Shown: positions 11,200 through 22,666 of the stretch, piece after piece
Layout: every line of letters begins with the position of its first letter
How positions within the stretch are numbered: position 1 is the stretch's first letter
Origin: Takakia lepidozioides
Taxonomy: Eukaryota > Plantae > Bryophyta
Direction of reading: 5' to 3'
Assembly: GCA_030704615.1 (NCBI GenBank)
Contig: CM060734.1
Location: 1,550,001 to 1,614,000, forward strand
Length of the DNA: 64,000 bases
Made by a program: the position numbers and the translations under genes
The notes under the pieces: model-generated
Told to the model about the DNA's origin: nothing
Seen by the model: only the letters and a program-made list of their open reading frames with translations
Database searches by the model: none

Positions 11200-12870
11200 G
11201 TAGAGGTAATTCGGAGCGCTGCACGATGGAATTCCGGCGACGGATTTCCATCCTGCAGGTAATTCGGAGCGCAGCAGGATGGATATCCGGCGCCGAATTT
11301 CCATCCGCGGAGGAAGGGCGGCGGTGGAAATTTCCCTCACGCAGGTAATTCGGAAGCCCGCGGATGGAAATCCGGCGCCGAATTTCCATCTGCAGAGGTA
11401 GGGCGGCGCTGGAAATTTCCCTCACGCAGGTAATTCGGAAGCGCGCGGATGGAAATCCGGCGCCGAATTTCCATCCGCGGAGGTAGGCGGCGCTGGAAAT
11501 TTCCCTCACGCAGGTAATTCGGAAGCGCGCGGATGGAAATCCGGCGCCGAATTTCCATCCGCGCAGGTAGGGCAGTGCGCCAAATTTCCCTCACGCAGGT
11601 AATTCGGAAGCCCGCGGATGGAAATCCGGCGCCGAATTTCCATCCGCGGAGGTAGGGCGGCGCTGGAAATTTCCCTCACGCAGGTAATTCGGAAGCGCGT
11701 GGATGGAAATCCGGCGCCGAATTTCCATCCGCGGAGGTAGGGCGGCGCTGGAAATTTCCCTCACGCAGGTAATTCGGAAGCGCGCGGATGGAAATCCGGC
11801 GCCGAATTTCCATCCGCGCAGGTAGGGCGGTGCGCCAAATTTCCCTCAAGCAGGTAATTCGGCGCCGAATTTCCATCCGCGCAGGTAGGGCGGTGCGCCA
11901 AATTTCCCTCAAGCAGGTAATTCGGCGCCGAATTTCCATCCTGCAGGTAATTCGAATCCCGGATGAATGGAAATTCGGCGCCGAATTTCCATCCAGCAGG
12001 TAAGTGGAATCTCGGATGGATGGAGATTCGGCGCCGAATTTCCATTCATCCGGGATTCGAATTACCTGCAGGATGGAAATTCGGCGCCGAATCTCCATCC
12101 ATCCGGGATTCCACTTACCTGCTGGATGGAAATTCGGCGCCGAATCTCCATCCATCCGGGATTCCACTTACCTGCTGGATGGAAATTCGGCGCCGAATTT
12201 CCATCCGGGGGATGGTCTCTGTCGGAGAGGTGCCGCCTCTCCGCCACTCTGTTGGATATTCGGTGCCGAATTTCCGTCCCGGGGGTTGAAATATGACGGC
12301 CAGGTGCCGACCTCTCCCTTCTCCCCGACTGCATTGGAACGGCCCCGAATTGAAATTCGGCGCCGTTTTCCCATCTGTGGAGGTTTTTATGTCGGCCAGT
12401 TTTCGGTCTGACCCCCCGACAAGACTTCCTTTGGGGGGGCCCGGATGGAAATTCGGCGCCGAATCTCCGTCCAGGGGATGTTCTCTGTCGCACACTCGCC
12501 GGCCTCTGCGCCCGAGGCGACTTCATCCGGAAGTCCCCTGTTCGATATTCGGTGCCGAATTTCCGTCCGGGGGTTGAAATGTGACGGCCAAGTGCAGGCC
12601 ACTCCCCCCTCCCCGACTGCATCCGAACCGCCCCGGATGGAAATTCGGCGCCGTTTTTCCATCTGGGGATGTTTTTATGCCGTCCAGTTTTCGGCCTGAC
12701 CCCCCGACACGACTCCCTTTGGGGGGCCCGGATGGAAATTCGGCGCCGAATCTCCATCCAGGGGATGTTCTCTGTCGCACACACTCCGGCCTCTGCGCCC
12801 GAGGCGACTTCATCCGGGCTTCCTCTGTTGGATATTGGGTGCCGAATTTCCATTCGGGGGTAGTAATGTG
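11200..12870. repeat. Central compound array built on the palindrome GGAAATTCGGCGCCGAATTTCC
   Basis: Perfect 30-bp palindrome GGATGGAAATTCGGCGCCGAATTTCCATCC at 12177-12206; more than 25 related copies in units of several lengths. Confidence 0.92.
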
Positions 12871-13156
12871 ACGGCACGGTGCCGGCTTCTCCCCTTCAGC
12901 CGTCATCATCCGGACGGCCCCCCACTTTCTGACTGCATACCGTTGGCAGTTATTGCGCAAAGACGAGGGGCCGCATTCCGGAGACAAGGTTCATTAACAC
13001 TCTGACTGTGGATTTTTGAGATAGTTGGCTCCCTGGATTTGGATCAGGCTTCGTCGCTCGGACAAATCGGCATCGCATTCATTCCCATCGCTGCACCCCC
13101 TTCTACCAGGGAGCTTCCCCGCACGCCATCCTGGCAGTCTTGTGTGCACATCTCCC

Positions 13157-16100
13157 ATGGCGGAAAACCCGAGCGCTACAGTGTACTGCCCTCCTCACGA
13201 GCATAGAGCTTCATTTCCGTGCAGAGGGGACACTTGCCGGGTGATGGAGAAATATCTGTGCGTTCGATACCACCTGAAACCGGGGTCGGTTTTTTTGGAG
13301 GAGGAAAGGAAGGACTCAAACGGCCTTGTTGTCGAGAGTATTGTTGTGCTCCACGATGATTTCGGCGATGGCAGGGAATGGCGAGTTCCACCATCGGACA
13401 GCGTCATATACAGGGCTGTTGGGGACTTCATTTGCCCGCCAAATGCACCGTCTATCCTGGCGCCTTCCACGAAACAATCCGCGAATCAGAGAGTGGTACC
13501 TCAAAGAGAGAAGTCCGCAACGAAGTAAATCCAGAGCCGAACCCATCCATGAAGACGACCGAGAACCGGGTTGTTCACAACCTGTCCGACTCAGACGAGG
13601 TCATGGAAGTTCCGAGGTCGTCCTGGAGATCAGGCAAGTCCTCAATGGACGTCAGTGGAGGAGGGAGTCATATTCCCAGCACGAGCACCGCAGTTCGATC
13701 TATTCTAGAAATTTTGCGAGGGCTTCACCTGGAGGGACACCGGTCGGAGCTGGCCGGGCTGGACTACAGCAAGTTCGCAATTAAATCGGTTACATGCCTT
13801 CCCGCCGACGTCGACGGTAATATCTTCTTTGAGTTCCCTCCTCGGGCGGACTACTCGAGGGCGTCCGGAATGTTGACAGATATGGATAGAAAACATGACG
13901 GTCATCCTTGGTGCGTTACCAAAACCACCAGCATGAAGATGCTTGATGGTGTGCGGGTGCGCTACGTTGTTTGTGCGGGCGCGTTGCGGTGTTTCTCCCC
14001 AACTTGCTTCCACTTTAAATCCAGAGGTCACAGGAACGAGACCGATTGGACAGGCACAGCTCACCAACCATTTCGAGCTCAGGAGAAGGTTCCGAACTCC
14101 ACATTTAAGTGTGCGCATTGCAAAGAACCACCACACTGCATGTCTGTTTGTAATGCCAAGCAGTTCTATGTGTTGCACCGTTTCCCTGACCTCACCCGAG
14201 CTTGCATACACGTTGGTTCCCATTGTCACAAATTGGCGAGGGGGAACTCGCGGGAGGCTGCCCACGAAGCAGAGCAGCTCGTTCAGGAGGAGGTTAAGTT
14301 GAGACCGGGTGCCAAACCCAAACAGATACAGCTCCAAGCCGCCCATAAGATGGCATTGGCCAGAATTATGTCGGAAGACGGCTCCGATAGAGTTCCTCTC
14401 GACGAGAAGGAAATGGAGGCATTGCTGGAGTCGGTGTCCCACGTATGTTCACCGAATGTCCGAAACCACATTGTCTCATGCAAACAGAAAATTGGGCGTG
14501 GCTCGGATATGCACTCCATTCTGGAGGTGAAGCGACGATGTGGATATGACTACATTCATGGAAGTAGGTTTCCAGGACAAGGGACTGAGGCAGATCGTTG
14601 TTTCGTATTCAAAATGTCCACGTGTGGACCTGGCAGTGGCGTCGAACTGGTCGACAGGATGACGAGTGGGAACTTGTCAAACAGTTGGGTCATGTTCGAC
14701 CATATCAAGCGAATTACAAATCACCAGTGGGTGACAATGGGTGCACATGTCTACGACACCCACTGCAGGATGCTAATGACAATTGCTATTTGTGAGATGA
14801 AAGGAGAGGACACACAATCGGAGATGCTTCTTTGGCAGGGAATAAACGAACAGATGGCCAAGGCGGGATTGCCCCCTCCCAATTTCCGTGGTTTCATGGC
14901 GGACAACGCACAAGCAAATTGGGCTGCCATCCGAAGGGTGTACGGGCAAGACCCCAATGTTCCCATGGAAGGCAAGGAGAGATCTTGTGGGTTCCATTTT
15001 CTGCAGAGCCTTTCGCAGTACACAACCAGGCTCGTGGCGCCAGATTTCAGAGAGGAGCACCGTTCCATGTGCCTTGCGTGGAAGCGCGCTCCCACCTTGG
15101 ATGATGCAGAGACACAGTTTGCATGCATACGGGCTTGGTGGACATCGTCAGGTGCTGTAAGGAAATCAGACGAAGGAGCAATGGTCAGTTGGCTAGCATG
15201 GTGGCATTATCGTTTCCTCCAGTTCGACGACTATATGCGGGAGGTGAGTTGCACGAATTCGCGTCCCGTTGGATATTATTCTTGGCCATATTTGTAACTT
15301 GCTTGTAACCTGAACATGTGCTTGTGCAGGAAATGTGTCTCGACTCCGACACCGACATGCCCACGACAAACATGGCCGAATCAGTGCATTCTTCCTGGCG
15401 TGCCTCCTCTGCGGCGCATCTGGTGGACATCCTCACTGCCACAACGGAGGACATTGTGAGGTCAATTATGCAGCAATGCAGGTACAACGAGTTCTTGAAA
15501 GGGAAACAGTGGGGCTTGGGGCCGGACAGGCAGGAAATGCTGATGCGGACTGCCTCCAGATCGAAGAATCCTCGGAAGTGGGCGGCGGCCTTGCGAGAGG
15601 GCCTTCGGGACACGCCATTGCTGCGAAGAGGCCAACATTTGGAAGGAGATGTTCATACCCGTCCAGTGAGACGAAGACTTGACGAGGCACCTGGCGGAGA
15701 AGAGGATTCATGGCGAGCTGACAAGAATATTCGCACGCTCCCTCGTGGTCCGGTGATGTTGTCCGAGGAGGTCTCGTCGAGCACCGGAAGTCCTGCACGT
15801 TCAAGATCGCCATCTCCTTTGAGCACAGGGCGCGTGCCCCGACAACATAACGAGCCATCTGTAGTAAAGCAATACAACATTCCCATTGTGGAGACAAGAG
15901 TGTCGGAGTCACAGTGGAGAATTGCGAGGACATTGCCGGCATTTCGAGGGAAGTGTTGCGCCATCCGGGTGGATACGAGAGCACGCTGTGGTGAGATGAT
16001 TCGGAGGAACCCACACGGTGCTGTACCTGCACCTTGTTTCAGCGGCAGATTTTTGACTCCCACATTTGCTCACGCCACAACGCAGACATTTTGGTTCTGT

Positions 16101-16748
16101 AGGCACGACATAATGACCTGTGTATTTGGCAAGCCCAAGTACGGGATTCAGGGAATGCCGGAGCCTCCGGGCGTCTGGCCTGTTGCACCGGGTTGCAGCC
16201 TCTCTCAGAATGAGGCGGATGCTCTATCTGCAACAGGATTTCGAATGGTGCAACGCACAGACATCCCGGCCCACGCATTTCCGGTTCCTCAGACCCAGCC
16301 ATTGCAGACTGCTCGGTCCAGTAGAGACGGATTGGACAATTCTGCACATCCCACAATGCGATTCGGAAGAGTGAAGAGACGACACCCTCCCAACAAGTTG
16401 AATGAGACTCGGATTGCCAATGCTCTTGGGATGGCTTGCACTATTCAGAGCTCCGTGGACGTACCCCCACCCGGCCTTGGGCGTGTGTATCGGATGGCAA
16501 CGGCCGGCTCGGCTGTACGCGACGATGTATACACAATTACGATTGGAGTGGAGCCGACTTGCAACTGTACGGACTTCTCGTTGATGGAAGCAAAGAAGGG
16601 TTCGAAGTATTATCCGTGCAAGCATCTGTATTACATTTACCTGAAGAGGTTGAGGATGAACGTGACTATTGATGACTTTATTCATGCACCGGCGTTGAGC
16701 GTGAACGAGCTGCACAAACTCCTCCTTAGGGATTCCAGAAATCATTGA
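13157..16748 (+). CDS. Mutator-family transposase (GCM-like Zn domain, DDE core, C-terminal SWIM); one intron 15244-15329; 1-nt frameshift near 13496
   Basis: DGHPW..CAGALRC..CAHC..HVGSHCH (GCM/WRKY-like); WVMFDH, GFMADN, RSCGFH, TTNMAES (D, D, CxxH, E); CNCTD..PCKH (SWIM). A phase-0 GT-AG intron joins the 639-aa and 476-aa ORFs, giving about 1168 aa after repair. Confidence 0.9.
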
Positions 16749-16904
16749 TGGGGCAAACGGAATCCTCCATATGGATATTTTCAAATGCATTTTGCTGTAT
16801 CAGACTTTTTTTTGCAGTGTAATGAAATGCACCCCAAAACTCCTGGAATGAGGCAATATTCCATTCAAACTGAGATCCAACAGAAGCAGTTGTGGGGCCA
16901 TTTC

Positions 16905-17262
16905 TGGAAAAATGGCGCCGAATTTCTCTTTTTGGGGCCGAAAACTCGCTAAGTCCCAACATGCACTGGTACCTGTGTTTGGGAAAATGGCGCCGAATTT
17001 CTCTTTTTGGGGCCGAAAACTGGCTAAGTCCCAACATGCACTGGTACCGTGTCTGGAAAAATGGCGCCGAATTTCTCTTTTTTGGGCCGAAAACTGGCTA
17101 AGTCCGAACATGCACTGGAAAAATGGCGCCGAATTACCTGTCATGAGGGGACCTATAGCCGCGGAATTCGGCACCATTTTTCGCCAGAGAGACCTATTGC
17201 CGCGAAATACGTCGCCATTTTTTCAGGTTACGGACCCTATTACCGCGAAATTCGGCGCCATA
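16905..17262. repeat. Subterminal repeats (~75-bp unit) containing AAAATGGCGCCGAATTTC
   Basis: Copies near 16912, 16988, 17061 and 17123, plus inverted variants to 17262. Confidence 0.85.
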
Positions 17263-17399
17263 TTTGCACATGTCGCTGGGAATTGGCATGAGCGGAAGAC
17301 GAAATATCATGAGCACAACTGTCAAAAGTGCAATTTTCCCTTCAAGGGGCCGAATAATATATTTGTTTTTTCTGACACATTGCATTAAATTATTGTTTT

Positions 17400-17497
17400 T
17401 TATTTTCGAAATTTGTACTTCTGCTCATGAAAACCGATTGTGTTACTACTCTGCTCATGCCGCTCATGCCGCTCATGCTCATGAAATAGCAAACCTC
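17400..17497 (-). repeat. Right TIR
   Basis: GCTCATGCCGCTCATGCTCATGAAATAGCAAACCTC followed directly by the TSD; near-identical to 47279-47380 (rc). Confidence 0.9.
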
Positions 17498-17506
17498 GGT
17501 GGTACG

Positions 17507-17636
17507 CATGGATGGAGGTAATCTCAGAGCAACACGCCGACGATGCGAAATGGCACTACCGTGCAAATGCGAAAATAATGGATGTGAGGAGTTCGGATCT
17601 TGGACTCATACGACGAGCAATGAACAGAATGAATGT
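17507..17636 (+). pseudogene. ParB/Srx-like gene, continuation after the insertion
   Basis: Removing the element and one TSD restores NHRWYAWMEVISEQHADDAKWHY..RRAMNRMN followed by a GTGAGT donor in the same phase as the inner paralog (WMEHIAQAHPNDLDWH..AMADINS|gtaag). Confidence 0.85.
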
Positions 17637-17739
17637 GTGAGTATTCCTTTACATCTCTGCTCACACGAGCGTACCTTTCATTTCACCCTGAGCATGGGCG
17701 ATCCTGCACCTATCGTATCCACACCTCTCCAAACGTGGT

Positions 17740-18160
17740 TATAGTCGGCAATGATTAGTGCACATTATGGACATGCATACTGCAGAGACAATAATGCCCA
17801 TGCACGACAATGGGGTGTAGTCGGGACCGACTACAACTCCCTATGCACAAGTTGGGCGATATTGGGGATATAGTCGGTGTCGACTACCACTGTGTTAACC
17901 TTTTACGAACCTCGTTTGCTTTACACTGAATGTGGAGGGCAGAAGTAGACGTGCTTTATGTTTATTGTTTCCTTCTTGTTTTAATTCTCTATTGATTCCA
18001 GCACGGTGTATTAGTCGGTCCCGACAGCAGCACTCACTCGGAGGGATACCAAGTGATCTACCGAAAATGAAATAGATGAATTAACGTTTAATGGTTAGCT
18101 TATAGTCGGAGCCGACTATATACGATTGGATGCTTATTGTTCACATAGTCGTTGCTGACT
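17740..18160. repeat. Array of GTAGTCG-N4-CGACTAC palindromes (right arm of the putative outer element)
   Basis: e.g. GTAGTCGGGACCGACTAC at 17817-17834; about 6 copies. Confidence 0.8.
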
Positions 18161-18299
18161 AAGTCCCTTGGCACTGTTCATTGCACAGCGCGACAGATCA
18201 CGGAAATATGTCATCGGAACTCCCGCACAAGCTCTTCTACTTCCAGAAATGCGCTACAACTCCTATGGAGCAGTACCAATCTGCACTCCCACCAGATGT

Positions 18300-19343
18300 T
18301 TACGAAAAGTGTTTAAACAAGCGGGATGGGAATTGGATGACGATGCCGCAAGACGCTCTCATAGAGTACATGGGCCAGGAGGGATTTCGGAGAATCAGAA
18401 ACGCATGCTTGGATGCCCATGCGCATTTGCCTGCCACTGCAGAAAACACAGATCTCATAAGGACAGCCATCTGTGGTTGGTTCCCTCCTTCTGGCTGTTG
18501 ATTCTCCCCTTCTCTCTGCAGTGTGGAATCAGCCGTCGAGTTGAAGATGTCCTCTGCTGCTGCACTTGTGGTTGCTTCGTTGATCCGGGCTCTCTTTGCA
18601 AGTCCGCCCTCTTCTCCTTCTTGACCTGCTGCCGTGTCACTTTCTTCTTCCTCCATCGTTTCTACCCGCTGCATAATTCCCAACGTCGTTTGCTCTTCGA
18701 GTGTCAGGTGTACAGTGTGTCGAATCATTTGGAGTAACAAGGGAGTAGCCATGGTAATAGTCACTTCCTTCTTCTTCTTTGTCAACCGGGACAATTCTTG
18801 GGTTAACTTCTTCAATCAGAAGCTTGCCCAATTCACGATTTGCCCATTGAGGCAAATCAACACTTGATCGATTAGCTCCTTGGTGCAGTAGTTGTGGTTT
18901 TGCCTGAGGCAAAGCAACGTGCTAAGTATCGGGGCTATCTTCCTAAAGCCGGGGTTTTTGCTGTGACTGCATGTGTAGCCCTGATTGGCTTGGTTGAGAT
19001 TCTCAAACAAGTCCGCAAGTACAAACCTTGGAGGTTTGCCGCTGTGCGCCGGTACGTCCAGACTGGAAAGGTGAAACACTTCCGCCAAGTACTTCTCCGT
19101 CAATAGAATCTGTGTGTCGCGGACATTTGTGCTTCGAGTGCTCGTGTTGTAATTCTCCAAGAACTCCCTGCACAGCTCGTCATGCTTAAGGTTCCAGTCC
19201 AGCGTGGTGATGAAGTATCGCAAGCCAAGACTATCCAACATCTCATGTGTCTCTGTGTCTTGCTCGATCTTCCGCAACACCAGGCTGATTTTGAAATTCA
19301 CTTGCGCATAAGAACTTGGTGCCTTCCGCTTGGTGCCTGCCAT
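18300..19343 (-). pseudogene. Retroelement accessory ORF (Athila/Tat-type 'plant transposon protein'-like)
   Basis: MAGTKRKA..LDSLGLRYFI..ELCREFLENY..TNVRDTQILLTEKYLAEVFHL, with an internal TGA at 18816. Confidence 0.55.
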
Positions 19344-20324
19344 TTCCCTTAGTTTTGCTGTTGCTGTAAGGAGGAGCACCAATTCCTGTATCACAAGCAG
19401 TATGAAGCACACTGGAAGTTGTGTAGACAACAATTTCCAGTTTGCGGAAGAGAAGGTGAGGAGTTCGTTTCTGGGTTTAAGTAGGGGTTCTCCTCTGTAA
19501 GCTTCTTCTCTAACTTCTCTCGAGGTTCTCGTGGAGGTAATTCTGTCCTACTGTCTGCCTAGGTTTAAAGCGCAGTTAGCTTTAATTGTTGGGCCCAGGC
19601 TCACCAAGAAGCATTTAGCTTCTGGTAACGGTTTTGAGTAAACTTCATCCCTTTTCTGGATGTGCCTGATTTTCTTCCGTTGGTGTTTTCTTCGTGGTTT
19701 GTCTTGGATCGAACTGATGGTTGTTGATGATTGTCCGGTTTCGGTCAGTTTATGTTCATCCATCTTGGATGTGTTCATCCATTCTGGTATGTGGTCTGTT
19801 TTTAGATGGGCGGCGTGTGCGCAGTACTTGCAACTTGGTTTAATGGCTTTGCCCTTATCATCCGCTGTATTTTGGCAATCCGTTGGATTGCGCCGTCGTT
19901 CTTCCTCCGTGTTATGATCGATGCCAGATGGTTAGTGGTGTATGATTACCACGGTCGGTGGGGTAATCAGATTACCGTAATTTGGAGCGTATATCTCGGA
20001 GTTTAACACAAGCAGTGACTCGTTGGCTGCTTCATATTCGTTCACGGTTCTGTAGGGCATATGTGTTGGCCACGGTTCACCGTACGGTATACGGGGTGGT
20101 AATGTTGTCCTCCAGATGAATGGTGGTCTAGCCGTAGTGGTGCCCTGAATTCGTATTGCCACCTGTCTTAGTACATGCCGATTCACCGTGTCGTGATGAA
20201 TGTAGTATGCACTGGCGGTTTCACGCTCCTCATTTGCAGTTTGATCATCCTCGTTGGCGTATAAGTCATGTATAAGGGCTTTGTCATGTATTCCTTGGTA
20301 GCCTTTTAACTTGTTAATATTAAT

Positions 20325-22490
20325 TCATCCCACGAATTCTTGTTCCAAGGTCTGCAAATCAACAATTCCATTGTCATGTACCTTTTTGATTTGAAATGGT
20401 CCCATCCATGGCATTTTCAAGTTTCCGCCCAGTTTGATCTTCTTGATTTTTGGTAACCATAAAACAATGTCCCCGTCCTGGAAAGATTTTTCTTTCCCTT
20501 TGGATATTCTTTTTCTTCGTTGTTCTTGAATTCGTGCCATGTTATCTGCGGCGTCTGCCTGAACTTCTTCCAGATGAAATAACTCATATTCCCTGACTCG
20601 TAGAGATTCCTCTAAACCCCATCGTTCATGTGTTCCGGTTCGTAGTGTGGGTATCATATATTCAATGGGTAATAGTGCCTCTGCTCCATACACCAATTGA
20701 AATGGTGTATGTTTCCTGGTCATCTTGTATGATGTCCTGAATGCCCATAGTGTTGTGTTCATTTTGGTGTCCCAATCTATACGATTGGCATTTACTATCT
20801 TGGTTAAGATAGTGCATAATATTTTGTTGGTAGATTCGGCCTGGCCATTTCCTTGGGGATAGTAAGCAGTATATGTGATCCTTGATCACTGACGAATTCC
20901 AGTGGGTCACCAAATCATGTGATGATGTTTTCATATAAGAATTTGTCTGTCGATCTGGCAGTGTTGTCTCTTAGTGCCTTGGCCTCTACCCATTTGGTAG
21001 TGTAGTTAGTGGTTGTGAGGATCTATTGGTTCTGTGTGTACCTTGCTGGAGGACCCATTAAACCTATTATGTTTAATAGGTCCTTCAGGTTTAATAGGTC
21101 CTTCATCAAGAGGTTCATCTTCATCTGATGAGTCCTCTTCTTCATCAGTATCATCCATGAGTTTAAGAGCATCTGGAAGGTCATAGTCTCCTTGAAACAC
21201 TCCCAGAGCGTCTAGAGGATCTGTCTCTTCATCTTGTGCTTATGGTCGAACAGCAAATAGAAATGCGTCGGGAAGTTGATCTTCTACCCCCGTGGCTGGT
21301 TCTCCTGTAGTAATCCTTGACAGATGATCTGCTGTAACATGTAATCTTCCTTGTTTATGAACAACTTCAAAATCATACTCATGAAGAAGTAATAGCCATC
21401 AAGCAACCCTGCCACTAGCTAGTGGTCGATTTGCTAAATGAACTAGAGCCTGATGATCAACAATAAACTTAAAGCGATTGCCAAGTAAATAATGCCGAAA
21501 CTTTTGAACAGCATAAATCATTGCCAATGCTTCCTTTTCTGTGGTGTTATAGTTCTTCTCGGCTGCTGTCAACAATTTGCTTGCATAATAGATTGGTGAA
21601 TCTATTGTGCCCGTCACATTCTGAGCTAGAATTGCCCCCAAAGCAATGTCTGATGCATCACTGTGTACATGTATGAAATGTCACTCCCATCTTGGATTTA
21701 TCAGAATTGGTGCTCCTGTGAGTGCCATTTTTAGTGAATCAAATGATTCCTGGCAAGCTGGAGACCATCGGTATTCGGCATCTTGTTTCAGCAGTCTATA
21801 GACTGATGCCGCTTTGTGAGCATATTTGTCCATGTACCTTCTGTAATAGCTTGTCTGTCCCAGAAATCTTTTGAGTTTCTTGGGATTTTCTAGTGGTGGT
21901 ATTTTATGGATAACCTCCACTTTCTTTGGATCCACCAGAATTCCCTGTTGGCACACAATGTGTCCCAACAATAATCCTGAATTCACACAAAATGTACATT
22001 TTTCCGGATTGAGACTTACTCCATTGTTTCTGCAGGCTTGTAGGCAAAGTCTTAACTATGCCAAGTGTTTGGATTTCTGTCCGAAGACACTGAAATCATC
22101 CAAAAATACCTGCATAAAATCGTTGAGATAATTCTTGAATATCTCAGATATTGCTCGCTGAAACGTGGCTGGTGCATTGCAAAGTCCAAATGACATGACT
22201 TTGTAAGCATAGGCTCCCCATTCAGTGATGAGTGCGGTCTTTTCTTGGTCTTCTTCCGCCATCTGCACCTGGTTGTACCCACTGAACCCATCCATAAATG
22301 AGTACATCTCATGTCCTGCACTGTGTCCAATACTATTATAGTGAAGGGTAGTGGAAATGGGTCTTTCTTGGTTCCTGCGTTTAGCTTGCGGTAGTCCACA
22401 CATACTCGTAATTTTTCATTTTTCTTGGGTACTATCACAATGGGTGATAACCATTGTGGTGTCTCTACTGGGTATATGAATCCTGCATCC
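20325..22490 (-). pseudogene. Gypsy pol (RT-RNase H-integrase), frameshifted and deleted
   Basis: ORF pieces 22052-22438, 22056-22403, 21681-21986, 21399-21641 and 20325-20762 with canonical motifs. Confidence 0.9.
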
Positions 22491-22507
22491 AGTAATTTCT
22501 TGATTTA

Positions 22508-22666
22508 AACTTTGTGGAACCCGACAAAAAGACATTGGCATCATGGGTTGACCAAGCTGTTAAGGAGGCTCTATTACCTCAAAATATTCGGGCTGGTTTT
22601 CGCACCACCGGAATTTGGCCTTTCAATCCTCATGCAATGGAGAGTAAAGTTGGACCTTCTGACTAA
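22508..22666 (+). pseudogene. pogo/Tc1-mariner-type transposase C-terminal fragment
   Basis: Reads NFVEPDKKTLASWVDQAVKEALLPQNIRAGFRTTGIWPFNPHAM; the NIxxGFxxTGIWPFN motif is typical of pogo-like transposases. Confidence 0.7.

Larger units (their letters stand above)
4223..17497 (+). mobile_element. Mutator-like (MULE) DNA transposon, 13.3 kb, carrying a transposase and a ParB-MTase gene
   Basis: Inverted termini GGGGGCTGCTATTTCATGAGC / GAGGTTTGCTATTTCATGAGC (rc), 9-bp TSD, and a DDE transposase with CxxH and SWIM motifs. Confidence 0.93.

Noticed and set aside
6826-12870. CRISPR-like appearance of regularly spaced palindromic repeats
   Set aside because: The sequences between palindromes are themselves repeated rather than unique spacers; no cas genes; eukaryotic context.
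11051-12987. Many ORFs with MEIRRRISI / WKFGAEFP repeats (also 51.8-53.4 kb and 6.9-7.4 kb)
   Set aside because: Translation artefacts of the palindromic DNA, open on both strands.
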